Shown: positions 30,600 through 39,233 of the stretch, piece by piece | Layout of the letters: the number at the start of each line of letters is the position of its first letter | Position numbering within the stretch: position 1 is the first letter of the stretch | Source of the DNA: a virus | Lineage: Duplodnaviria; Caudoviricetes | Direction: 5' to 3' (one strand) | IMG/VR virus record: IMGVR_UViG_3300045581_000594 | Coordinates: 717-64,716 of that record | Length of the DNA: 64,000 nucleotides | Notes under the pieces: generated by a model | What the model was told of the DNA's origin: nothing | What the model saw: the letters and a program-made list of their open reading frames with translations, nothing else | Databases searched by the model: none | Position numbers and translations under genes: made by a program

Positions 30600-30639
30600 A
30601 ATGTTGGTTCAGTCTTATTGGTTTAGGATAGATGTTTGA

Positions 30640-31734
30640 TTAGCCGACGATCAGGTCATGGCTGCGGGCATGCTCATCGAGCGGGATACCACGACGGACA
30701 CTTGCCCGTGCGCCGTATTCGCGGATGTCACCACGGCAGCGGAGCAGCAGCGACACGAGCCAATCGAACTTGCCACCAGCCACAGCCACACCGAGGTCAT
30801 CGAAGCCGACGTGGGCAGACGCAAGGCAGCAGCTCACCAAGGCGAACTGTGCGGCGGCATCCTCGGGGATGACGAACGAGTCGGGATCTTTACGCAGGGA
30901 GGCAATGTCAGGTAGCTTGTCCACGTGCTGGAGGAATCCACGGAAGGCGAGGGTGGTCGCCTTGCCTACGCAGGATTCCACGTGCTTGAAGTATGCCTCC
31001 TTGTGGGTCAAACGGTAAGGCTCGGCGAGGGCTACCTTCTCCCATTGGCGGGGGCATGGGTGGGGTGAGCCATCGTAGGGCATCTTGGTCGGAGGACAGA
31101 AGTGATCGACGTTCTCCCCGTAGTTGTGGGTGAACTTGAGGAAGGCCATCACATGAGACCCTGAGTTGACGAGAGCGGGCTGTGTCTCAGCCCACGCCAA
31201 CCAGTCGCCGATGTCGGGAAGCAGGGTGTACTTGGCGCAACGTGTGGTAAATGGGGCTTCCTCCACCTTGGCTGCCGTTCCGTCAATCCGTCTGTTGCCA
31301 AGAGCAACGACACGGATGTTGCTGCCTAAGACGTGAGTGCCCACCCTTGGCTTACCCTGTGCAGGATACAGGGATCGGAGCAGGGCACGAACCTCACGCT
31401 CGTAGTCATTGATCTCGTCGAGCACAAGCAGGACGGGGCGGTCACCGACACGTGCTTCGGTCGGCCATTGGACGGGAGCATAGAACTCCATGTCGCCGTT
31501 GTCCTGCGGGTTACCATAACCGAGGCACTCGGTCGGGGCTGCGCCGTTGAGGTTGACATACCAGAGCTCACGACCTGTCAGGTCAGGGAGCACCTTGCAT
31601 GCGATGGATGTCTTGCCTGCGCCGCCGGGCCCTTCAAGGAACAGGAAGTTGCCGACTTCGAAGGCGATCTGTGCCTGCAATGGGACTTGGGCGGGGGTAA
31701 TAACTGGGGCTGTATTTACTGTATTGGTATTCAT
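30640..31734 (-). CDS. MoxR/dynein-related AAA+ ATPase
   Basis: GPGGAGKT, LVLDE, ALGN and PCPRQWE; start placed at ATG 31734. Confidence 0.9.
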   Translation of the reverse strand: MNTNTVNTAPVITPAQVPLQAQIAFEVGNFLFLEGPGGAGKTSIACKVLPDLTGRELWYVNLNGAAPTECLGYGNPQDNGDMEFYAPVQWPTEARVGDRPVLLVLDEINDYEREVRALLRSLYPAQGKPRVGTHVLGSNIRVVALGNRRIDGTAAKVEEAPFTTRCAKYTLLPDIGDWLAWAETQPALVNSGSHVMAFLKFTHNYGENVDHFCPPTKMPYDGSPHPCPRQWEKVALAEPYRLTHKEAYFKHVESCVGKATTLAFRGFLQHVDKLPDIASLRKDPDSFVIPEDAAAQFALVSCCLASAHVGFDDLGVAVAGGKFDWLVSLLLRCRGDIREYGARASVRRGIPLDEHARSHDLIVG

Positions 31735-31822
31735 TTTGTTTTGTTTTTGTCTTTTGAAGTGCCCTTGGCGGGATGCCTCGGGCTGAGATTTGCATATGGT
31801 ATTGGGTTTGTCCAATTATTTT

Positions 31823-33073
31823 TTACTCGGTGATGACTTCCCCGTCAACAGAGGCAATGCCAGCGTCGCAGGAGTTGGCCAGCCGACCGAGGAGCTGGTT
31901 GGATAGGGTGTTGAGCCCGTCGAAGTCCTCGTCGTAGCCATAGGTTACGAGCAGGTCGATGACGGCTGTCCTAGACAGGTCAAGGTTACGGAAGATATCT
32001 CTGCCGATGTAGTCGGGGATACCATCGTCGATGGTGCATGCCTTCGGGGGCAACAGATCCTCCTCGAACGCCCACGAACGGGAGCTGGGCTGTCGAAGCT
32101 CCATAGAGGCGAGCCTCTGCTGGATCGTGCTGGTGTTCGAGTCGGATATCTCTACTCCCCAATTCGATTTCTTCTTGGGGCTGGAGAAGTAACGGAAGTT
32201 ATCGACGGGGGTGTGTGCCCAGACCTGACCGCCAAGCAGGGTCGCTGCCTCGTAGGCGAGGGAGCAGGCAACGTCGAGCTGGCTGAGCAGGACATACTCA
32301 CTGTCACAGTGGGGCATGTGGTAGCCGGAGCTGATGTTGACCATGCTGACCTGCAGCCCACGATTGGCGAGCTCGCCGATGTCGGTGATGCTGCCATACG
32401 CCTCCGAGTGGTTGTTGTCGATGGCTGTCGGCAGGTTGAGCATGGCAGCAAAGAACTCGTCGCTCGAACAATCCATGCCGTTGGTCTCACGGATGATGTC
32501 CATCGTGCGGTTGTTGCGGTCGGCTTGGATGACGAAGGACGCATGCTTGAACCACGACAGTGGCACACTACCGCTGCCGAGACACCCGACTTCCTCGTCA
32601 CGGACAAACACCACAGTCACATGGTCGAGGCGGTGGAGCATCTGCATGGCTACGTAGATACCGCACTTGTCGTCACCGCCGACACCTGCAGGGGCATCGT
32701 TGGCATCGATGGCAGACAGCTCGTCGCCGTCAACCACCAGCTCCATGAACGGGGCATAGTCGTGCACCTGATCGAGGTGGGCTAGGAAGTAGGGGTGAGG
32801 GCCTGATGCGTCACCCTTGCGGATGAGCATGTTGCCCGCCTTCCTGACCACAGTGCACCCCTCGGGGGCGAGGGCAGTCAGGGCAGCGATCATGTGATCG
32901 TTGCACTTCTTCATCTTGCTGGGGTTCTGGAGGATGAAGATGTCGTTAATCATCTGCATGTCGATGAACTCCATAGACTGGGTAGTCCGTTGGATGAAAC
33001 GCTTGCCCGCACTACGTTCGTTACGGCGGGAGAACAGGCGATGTTTTGATTTTGATTTTGATTTCTTGTACAT
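31823..33073 (-). CDS. M20/M28-family zinc peptidase
   Basis: AHLDQV, GGDDKCG, DEEVG and GYHMPH..E metal-binding motifs. Confidence 0.85.
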   Translation of the reverse strand: MYKKSKSKSKHRLFSRRNERSAGKRFIQRTTQSMEFIDMQMINDIFILQNPSKMKKCNDHMIAALTALAPEGCTVVRKAGNMLIRKGDASGPHPYFLAHLDQVHDYAPFMELVVDGDELSAIDANDAPAGVGGDDKCGIYVAMQMLHRLDHVTVVFVRDEEVGCLGSGSVPLSWFKHASFVIQADRNNRTMDIIRETNGMDCSSDEFFAAMLNLPTAIDNNHSEAYGSITDIGELANRGLQVSMVNISSGYHMPHCDSEYVLLSQLDVACSLAYEAATLLGGQVWAHTPVDNFRYFSSPKKKSNWGVEISDSNTSTIQQRLASMELRQPSSRSWAFEEDLLPPKACTIDDGIPDYIGRDIFRNLDLSRTAVIDLLVTYGYDEDFDGLNTLSNQLLGRLANSCDAGIASVDGEVITE

Positions 33074-33146
33074 ATTTTTGTTTGTTTAGTTGTAAGATAG
33101 GCTCGCTCTGACGCTGTGCCTCCCAGCGTTAATCACTTCGGGGTGA

Positions 33147-34691
33147 TTAGGCATCCGCTTCTGTGTTACCGCAGATCAGTACGATCTCGTTGTCCTCGGT
33201 GCGGGTCAGTGAGTGGTGGAACACCCGTCCGTCGGCGAGTGTGACACTGTCATCAACAAGCACCATCTGCTCGTCCGCAGTCATGATCGCATTGTCCATG
33301 TGGCAGGACTCCCTTGTGTAATGCAGAGGGGAGAGATAGACGAGGTGGTCGTCGTGGATACGACCATCCCTAGTTGAGAGGGTCGTGTCGCCAAACCTGA
33401 CGTACCCTTCATAGTAGGGGACGTAGACTGCTTGGCTCTCCTCTATCTCCTCACCGAAGATATCCTCTACCATCGACTCAGGCTCCTCAACATCAAGCGA
33501 GCCGTCGGTGTTGTCAAGCTCGGAGAGTTTGTGGCAAGGCCTGTCATCCCTGTTGGAGAGCATGCCATCGTCATACCAGTGACGGAGGGAGTCAATGTAT
33601 GGGACATTGTCGTAGACGCATAGGGTGCTCGGTGTCGGGATAGACAGCAAGCGATAGGACAGATCGTTGGCAAAACCATCGGTGTGATACACACACTTGA
33701 CGATGTTCTCGTCACGGAGGAACTGCCTGACGGCATCGATCGCCTTCTGTGGGTGGCAGGAGTTGATACGCACACAGTAGACCCGATCAAGGTGATACTG
33801 CCCGTTGTCGTGCCATACCAGAGCACGCCCGCAGTGTGCACCATTGACCTTGATGAGCATCATGGACAAACGACCAGCACGTTGGAGGTCGTCATACAGG
33901 GCGAAGTAGGTGTAATCCTTGCCTGACATGCAGCTGCCCAGATCTATCTCCTCGTCTGCTTCCCAGTCGGAATAGACTTCACTGATGCAAGTCCCGTCAG
34001 GTATCCACTCCGCAGTGTATTGCTTGACCGCAAGGATAGAGTCAATCTGAGACAGCCAGAGGTTGGTGGCTGCCGTGTCAAGCGGTGGTAGTTCGTAACG
34101 CTTGAGCCACTTGTTGATTGTGGCAACCGGACGCCCCGCACAGGCTACAGGAATGTGATGGGAGTATGACGGGTATTGGAGGGTAGCCTCGACAGGTCGG
34201 AATCCCCGCATGGTCTTCGAGTCGAAGACAGAAGGAGGCAGATCAGGCAGCATGGTAGTGAGCTGCTTGAGTCCTTCTTCGGAGGAGATCAGGCTGTCCA
34301 GATCCACGCCCTGCTTGACACTACCAGCCCTGTCACCCGTTGGCTCGATGGGTGGCATCAAACGCAAGGTCATATCCCCACCTCGTGGATGAGCGAGCCG
34401 GATGGAGGTGATCGGCGTGATGGGCTGCCATCCGTCATTGTGACTCTCGGCGTCGATGGTTGTGCGGACAGTGAACGGGGCGAGCAGGGTGTCCTTGTTC
34501 TTGAAGACAAAGGGCTGCTTCCTCGCCAGTGCGTAGACATGGCAGTAAGTGCCCAGCTCCGGTTTGGTCGAGCGGATATGCCTAGCTAGGTGGTTAGTGA
34601 GCATGTCCCATGTCACCTCGGAGGCTTGGGTGATGGCTTCTTCATCTTCGGCGTTGCGTTTGGCGTTTTCGTATTCTTCAATGATGTTCAT
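33147..34691 (-). CDS. Phage protein with SCM...GRALVW...DRVY...PYIDS domain
   Basis: 514-aa ORF with a recurrent phage motif set of unknown function; stop lies in a palindrome. Confidence 0.8.
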   Translation of the reverse strand: MNIIEEYENAKRNAEDEEAITQASEVTWDMLTNHLARHIRSTKPELGTYCHVYALARKQPFVFKNKDTLLAPFTVRTTIDAESHNDGWQPITPITSIRLAHPRGGDMTLRLMPPIEPTGDRAGSVKQGVDLDSLISSEEGLKQLTTMLPDLPPSVFDSKTMRGFRPVEATLQYPSYSHHIPVACAGRPVATINKWLKRYELPPLDTAATNLWLSQIDSILAVKQYTAEWIPDGTCISEVYSDWEADEEIDLGSCMSGKDYTYFALYDDLQRAGRLSMMLIKVNGAHCGRALVWHDNGQYHLDRVYCVRINSCHPQKAIDAVRQFLRDENIVKCVYHTDGFANDLSYRLLSIPTPSTLCVYDNVPYIDSLRHWYDDGMLSNRDDRPCHKLSELDNTDGSLDVEEPESMVEDIFGEEIEESQAVYVPYYEGYVRFGDTTLSTRDGRIHDDHLVYLSPLHYTRESCHMDNAIMTADEQMVLVDDSVTLADGRVFHHSLTRTEDNEIVLICGNTEADA

Positions 34692-34824
34692 TGTGTTTGT
34701 CTTTCTATTTGTATTTGTCTAGTTTCTGATTACACACCATGTGTCATCAGACAGGAAGGCACATCGGGGGATATGCCCTCGTGTCTGATCCTTAATCACC
34801 CAGAAGTGATTAAGGATACAGGGT

Positions 34825-35091
34825 TCAGGGTTTTCTTCTCATCATTGATTCCACCGAAGTGATAGCCACCAACAGGGAGTCGGCGGATGTCACTTCGTAG
34901 ACGGCGGGGACTTCACCCAAGCAGCAGAATCCACTTGTATTTCCGACACCTACGTAGAACGTATCGTCGGAGTAGAGGTGGATGATTACTTCTTCATGGG
35001 CATCTGATCGTGTCTCCCTCAGCTGAAGGAGCAGGCGGTTCATGACTTTGCGAATGAGCCATGAGGCTAATACATTTTGTAGGTATCTCAT
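34825..35091 (-). CDS. Hypothetical protein
   Basis: MRYLQNVLASW...; start trimmed to ATG 35091 so it does not overlap 35111-35749. Confidence 0.55.
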   Translation of the reverse strand: MRYLQNVLASWLIRKVMNRLLLQLRETRSDAHEEVIIHLYSDDTFYVGVGNTSGFCCLGEVPAVYEVTSADSLLVAITSVESMMRRKP

Positions 35092-35110
35092 ATAGGTTAC
35101 AGGGTTCAGG

Positions 35111-35749
35111 TTACGGTTTGGGGTTGAGGATGTGGAATATCTGTGCAGCAACGTGCGCCCCGTGATCGGGGTGAGTAGCCACATAGGTGAGAAACGCGGC
35201 GTCAAACATCGGGATGTAGGTGAACGCTCCCTCGTATGATTGCGAGGTCGTGTCCCTGTATACGTCCCAGTCGTCGGCTCCGACCTCGACAGGTCCACAC
35301 TTCTCAAGCAGATGGTAGATGCTATCAGCCGTGGCAACCTCGTGGGGCTTGAGGTTTCCCCATGGTGCTGGGTTGTTACGCACCCTGTAGTGACCAATGG
35401 CACACGAAAGTGCAACTTGACGTGCCTCGATGGATGCATCCTCCAGATCGCTTTCAGTATACTTGAAGAGGCAGATGGCTTTATCGTAATTCCGTCGATG
35501 ATCTTCGGAGATGAGGAACTCAAGCATGGTGTCCGCCCAATCATCACCTTGCTGCCAGTCCTCGTCTCCCGCCGTGATGTTGCCGTTCGAGTCGATCTTG
35601 TAGGAACACTCCACATCCCAGTGACGGGGGGAGTAGTGGTCTGCGTTGCGGCACACCCAATCATCTCCGATTAAGGAGGCGCGGCGTATCTTGTCATGCC
35701 AACCTGCTTCGAGGAGTCGTTGCTGTAATGGTTTTAGGTCTTGTTTCAT
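35111..35749 (-). CDS. Hypothetical protein
   Basis: 212 aa; preceded by the box and ACAAGACAAAGACATT leader. Confidence 0.75.
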   Translation of the reverse strand: MKQDLKPLQQRLLEAGWHDKIRRASLIGDDWVCRNADHYSPRHWDVECSYKIDSNGNITAGDEDWQQGDDWADTMLEFLISEDHRRNYDKAICLFKYTESDLEDASIEARQVALSCAIGHYRVRNNPAPWGNLKPHEVATADSIYHLLEKCGPVEVGADDWDVYRDTTSQSYEGAFTYIPMFDAAFLTYVATHPDHGAHVAAQIFHILNPKP

Positions 35750-35830
35750 AATGTCTTTGTCTTGTAATACAGTAGTTCAGCTCACTTGATACGCTGTGCT
35801 GTTCAGCGTTAGGCTAATAGGATACAGGGT

Positions 35831-35980
35831 TCAGGCTGGTATTACTCTGGCAATCTTCCACCCGAAGAAGGTATTCGGATTGGAAACCTCACGGAAGAAT
35901 CCAAAACGCTTGTCGTCTTGGTATCCGAGGAAGACAGCCAGTGTGCCATCGTCTAGGGTAACTGTGTCGTTGATGTTCAT
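35831..35980 (-). CDS. Small hypothetical protein
   Basis: MNINDTVTLDDG...; starts at TGAACCC-ATG junction. Confidence 0.55.
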   Translation of the reverse strand: MNINDTVTLDDGTLAVFLGYQDDKRFGFFREVSNPNTFFGWKIARVIPA

Positions 35981-35984
35981 GGGT

Positions 35985-36497
35985 TCAGATGTTTCTCCAT
36001 CCATAGGTGCGGACAGCAATGCGACCACCCGACAGCGAGCGGGTCGAGGCGATAGATGACGAGACGCACCCACAGCAGTCATGCTCGTGGTGGCATCGGT
36101 ATCTGAAGTGGTCTTCAATGTCCTCCTGATTGGCTGCAGGGATGATGGCAATGGCACGGAACGAATCGCCTGAGCGATCCCATTTGGTTTTCTCTTTGAT
36201 GATGGTCATAGGGTTCAGGGCACAGGGTTCGTCATGGCATTGGCTACTCCGCCTCGTTACGGCTTCTGCCAGCACCTCGCTGAGATGGTAGTTCATGACG
36301 TCCCAGTTCAGACCGATGTTGCAGTCCTTGTGGTGATCCATGCGGCGGAGGACTTCCTCTGCTTGCTCCTGAGTTACCTCAGATTCGGCATAGCGGTTGC
36401 CTGTTCGTCTCACGTCGTCAACCTGCCACAGATCGTAGGCAATGACGTCGTCGGGGTTGTAGTCCAATAGGTGGTTGATTAGTTCTTTAACTGTCAT
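35985..36497 (-). CDS. Hypothetical protein, probable in-frame fusion of two small genes
   Basis: Internal TGAACCCT-ATG junction at 36209; C-terminal half has CHHEHDCCGC. Confidence 0.7.
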   Translation of the reverse strand: MTVKELINHLLDYNPDDVIAYDLWQVDDVRRTGNRYAESEVTQEQAEEVLRRMDHHKDCNIGLNWDVMNYHLSEVLAEAVTRRSSQCHDEPCALNPMTIIKEKTKWDRSGDSFRAIAIIPAANQEDIEDHFRYRCHHEHDCCGCVSSSIASTRSLSGGRIAVRTYGWRNI

Positions 36498-36569
36498 ATG
36501 CGTTTGTCTTGTAATTCAATAGGCTCACTTGAAACGCTGTGCCTCACGGCGTTAATTACTTCCATGTGA

Positions 36570-37073
36570 TTAAGCAGGCTCAGTGTCTTCGATGCCTGCC
36601 ATCTCTTTGGCTTCGTCTTCTTCGTAGCCCATCTCGTTCACGAGGAACGCAACGTGCAACTCAGGGTCGTCGATATTGGAACAGGTGTCGGAGACTTCCC
36701 CGCCGAGGAGTTCAGCGATACCATAGAAGGCACAGCCCTGCTCGTAGTAAGCGAGACTGAGCTGGACTTCAGGGAACATCTCCGATAGGGCACAGAGAGC
36801 CCCCAATGGAGGACTCCAAGCGGTATGGAAGGATGCCATCCCGTAACCGAGTAGCGTTCTGGCTGCTTCCTTTGCGTCGTCCGCTTCGAGATCCCACTTC
36901 GTCCCCCAAGCGTCAGCTTGAGCAGATACAGTGTCCCATCCATGTTCACCAGTTTCGGGACGGCTTGGCTTTACCATCCGCTCGAAGCTGAACCCACCTT
37001 CGCCTTCGAGGAAGGACTTGAAAGCGGGGGTCATGTTTGTAATTGTCAATTTGTTTTCGCACCAGTTTGGCAT
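36570..37073 (-). CDS. YubB/DUF1281-like ferredoxin-fold protein
   Basis: MPNWCEN...WGTKWD...FHTAWSPP...YYEQG..FYG. Confidence 0.85.
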   Translation of the reverse strand: MPNWCENKLTITNMTPAFKSFLEGEGGFSFERMVKPSRPETGEHGWDTVSAQADAWGTKWDLEADDAKEAARTLLGYGMASFHTAWSPPLGALCALSEMFPEVQLSLAYYEQGCAFYGIAELLGGEVSDTCSNIDDPELHVAFLVNEMGYEEDEAKEMAGIEDTEPA

Positions 37074-37197
37074 AATGTTTGTTCTTTCTTTGTCTTGTAA
37101 TTCAATAGGCTCACTTGAAACGCTGTGCCTTACGGCGTTAATTACCTGCAAGTGATTAAGACTTGCGGGACAATGGAGATGTATGTAGTGTGCTGCC

Positions 37198-37488
37198 ATG
37201 AAAGATGCTATCGCACGCAACGCCATCAAACGGGCAATGGTCGAGGGGTTCAACCGCCCGAAACGCACACCGAACCATCCGACCAAGAGTCACATCGTTG
37301 TAGCCAAGGAAGGCAACAAGGTGAAGACAATAAGGTTCGGACAGCAGGGCGTATCGGGTAGCCCGAAGAAGGCGGGGGAGTCAGCTTCATATGCAGCAAG
37401 ACGCAGGTCATTCAAAGCCCGCCACGCCAAGAACATTGCCAAGGGCAAGATGTCGGCGGCGTATTGGGCTGACAAGGTGAAGTGGTAA
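37198..37488 (+). CDS. Small basic phage protein (KTIRFGQQG...RRRSFKARH...SAAYWA family), inverted in the early array
   Basis: Recognisable aquatic-phage motif set; own promoter TTGCGG-17-TAGTGT at 37163-37191. Confidence 0.85.
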   Translation: MKDAIARNAIKRAMVEGFNRPKRTPNHPTKSHIVVAKEGNKVKTIRFGQQGVSGSPKKAGESASYAARRRSFKARHAKNIAKGKMSAAYWADKVKW

Positions 37489-37509
37489 GCCTTAATCACT
37501 TCGAGGTGA

Positions 37510-37839
37510 TTAAGCAAAGGCGGCGACTTCACGATCCAGCTCATCGCCGTCAAGGATGTTACGCTCATCTGCGATCATCTCCGAGTGAGCGGCAAGGATC
37601 TCCGAGTAGACTCCGATGTCATCGAAGTTCCAGAACGACAGCATCGGGAAGATCTCCGACGCAAGCTGGGCGGGGATGGTGTCATAAACACGGCAGATCA
37701 TCACGATCTCGACGAAGCGACGAACGAACGGACGGCGATCATCGCCGTCATTTGCCCCGAACAGCTCACCGACTTGCGTCTTGCAAGCGGCGGCTAGGAT
37801 GGATCTCCGATGAACGGAGCATAGGTTATGGTATCTCAT
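37510..37839 (-). CDS. Hypothetical protein
   Basis: 109 aa, bounded by palindromes; stop lies in a palindrome. Confidence 0.65.
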   Translation of the reverse strand: MRYHNLCSVHRRSILAAACKTQVGELFGANDGDDRRPFVRRFVEIVMICRVYDTIPAQLASEIFPMLSFWNFDDIGVYSEILAAHSEMIADERNILDGDELDREVAAFA

Positions 37840-38153
37840 ACGTTAATTACTTTCAGGTGATTAAGGTTTAAGGGCTTGAGTTGGATGCGTTTGCCCCAAC
37901 TGCTGAGGCTAACGATTTCGTAAGTGTCAGGTATTAACGGCAGTGGCATAGCCACAGCTTCATACCATTCCCCGTCTATCACTGTACCTCCATTGTAACG
38001 GATAGTTTGCCCGTATTGAGGGTAGGGCGAGGCATTGCTTGCGATGATGCCTTTCGGCGGTCTATCGCCATAGGCATTGGGGGGTGCATGCCTTGCCCTT
38101 TTAGCACATTCTGCTTCATCCCAAATCTGTTGAGGATAAGTGTATGTTTGCAT
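37836..38153 (-). CDS. Hypothetical protein
   Basis: MQTYTYPQQIWDE...; reads through the 37843 palindrome and couples to the next gene. Confidence 0.65.
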   Translation of the reverse strand: MQTYTYPQQIWDEAECAKRARHAPPNAYGDRPPKGIIASNASPYPQYGQTIRYNGGTVIDGEWYEAVAMPLPLIPDTYEIVSLSSWGKRIQLKPLNLNHLKVINV

Positions 38154-38227
38154 AATCGTATTTGTTTTGTTAATAGGTAGGCTCACTTGATACGCTGTGC
38201 CTCTCGGCGTTAATCACTTCCATGTGA

Positions 38228-38455
38228 TTAAGGATGTTTGACGAACGATGAGCGAGCATGCTCGACATCGCAGTGATACTTGCCCTGCAGGGGGGCGGTG
38301 TCGCCGAACACGATGACACGATTCCGTTTGACGACAACGGCGGTGCGTCGATCGATGAAGGCACAAACCAGCTCAACGATCAAGCCGAGCAGGTAGAGGG
38401 AACAGAGGGCGATAACAAACGCACTCCCGACGATGGTGTAGATAGCGAGGTTCAT
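38228..38455 (-). CDS. Small membrane protein
   Basis: N-terminal hydrophobic helix; stop lies in a palindrome. Confidence 0.65.
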   Translation of the reverse strand: MNLAIYTIVGSAFVIALCSLYLLGLIVELVCAFIDRRTAVVVKRNRVIVFGDTAPLQGKYHCDVEHARSSFVKHP

Positions 38456-38661
38456 AGTCTTGAGATAACAGGGTTGAGTTCAGTGAGACGGAATCCTGAT
38501 ACAGGTTTCAGGATAACGGATACATTGCCCTCCGTCATGCGGATGGCAGTGGCGATTGCTTCAGCCATTATTTCCCGCTGTTGGGCGGGGCTGAGCGAGA
38601 TGCGACGCAAGGTCGCAAGTTGACGACCGACTTGCATCGGTGTGATCGTTTCGGTTTTCAT
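38452..38661 (-). CDS. Hypothetical protein
   Basis: MKTETITPMQ...; AGACAAAGACAT leader. Confidence 0.6.
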   Translation of the reverse strand: MKTETITPMQVGRQLATLRRISLSPAQQREIMAEAIATAIRMTEGNVSVILKPVSGFRLTELNPVISRL

Positions 38662-38737
38662 ATGTCTTTGTCTAGTTATGGAATAAGACGGCTCACTTGA
38701 TACGCTGTGCCGTTCGGCGTTAATTACTTTCAGGTGA

Positions 38738-39157
38738 TTAAGCGAGGTTGGCGATGATTGCCTTGCGGTCGGCATCGTTGAGTTTGAGGGTTGCGATGTA
38801 AGCCAACGCCTTGCTGGCTTTCGGGGTCAGAGCAACCTTACGTCCATTACCACTACGCTTGTCGTTACCAGAGGACTGGCGGAGACGCAAGCCAGCATCA
38901 CGGAGGATGCGTTGGACGTATGCTTTGACGTATCCTGCTTTGAGCAGGAGCTTCTCGACTTGGCGATAGGCGGTTGCCATATCGACTTTGTCTTTCGACT
39001 TGCCGACGACTTGCTTCACTCTATCGGCAAGTGATGTCTTGGCTTTGTCAAACGCTTCATCGGCATTGAAGTATGCCAAGGCAAGAGTTTCAAGCTCTGC
39101 AAGGACTTCTTTGCTCAAGGACTTAACGACTGCATTGGATTTAGTATTCTTTTTCAT
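38738..39157 (-). CDS. Basic helical protein, first gene of the early array
   Basis: 139 aa, Lys/Ala-rich; flanked by palindromes. Confidence 0.8.
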   Translation of the reverse strand: MKKNTKSNAVVKSLSKEVLAELETLALAYFNADEAFDKAKTSLADRVKQVVGKSKDKVDMATAYRQVEKLLLKAGYVKAYVQRILRDAGLRLRQSSGNDKRSGNGRKVALTPKASKALAYIATLKLNDADRKAIIANLA

Positions 39158-39233
39158 ATGTCTTTGTCTTTCTTAATTACTTGAAGGTGATTAAGCGGAT
39201 CGCATCGTCCGATCGGATACCAGCGAATCTGCA

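Larger units (their letters stand above)
33100..39194. repeat. Dispersed intergenic repeat family: nine TTAATYAC-N6-GTGATTAR palindromes and six GCTCACTTGAWACGCTGTGC...GCG boxes
   Basis: Palindromes start at 33129, 34792, 36552, 37138, 37492, 37843, 38210, 38720, 39173; boxes at 33100 (divergent), 35780, 36522, 37108, 38180, 38690. Confidence 0.95.

Noticed and set aside
34825-38775. Long ORF-track versions 34825-35664, 35831-36157, 36570-37286 and 38452-38775
   Set aside because: Their N-terminal extensions overlap other genes or translate the repeat (LNHLxVINA.RHSVSSEP); starts were trimmed to downstream ATGs with leaders.
33100-39194. CRISPR array interpretation of the repeated palindrome/box
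   Set aside because: Intervals are 350-1750 bp, irregular and contain whole genes; there is no cas operon.
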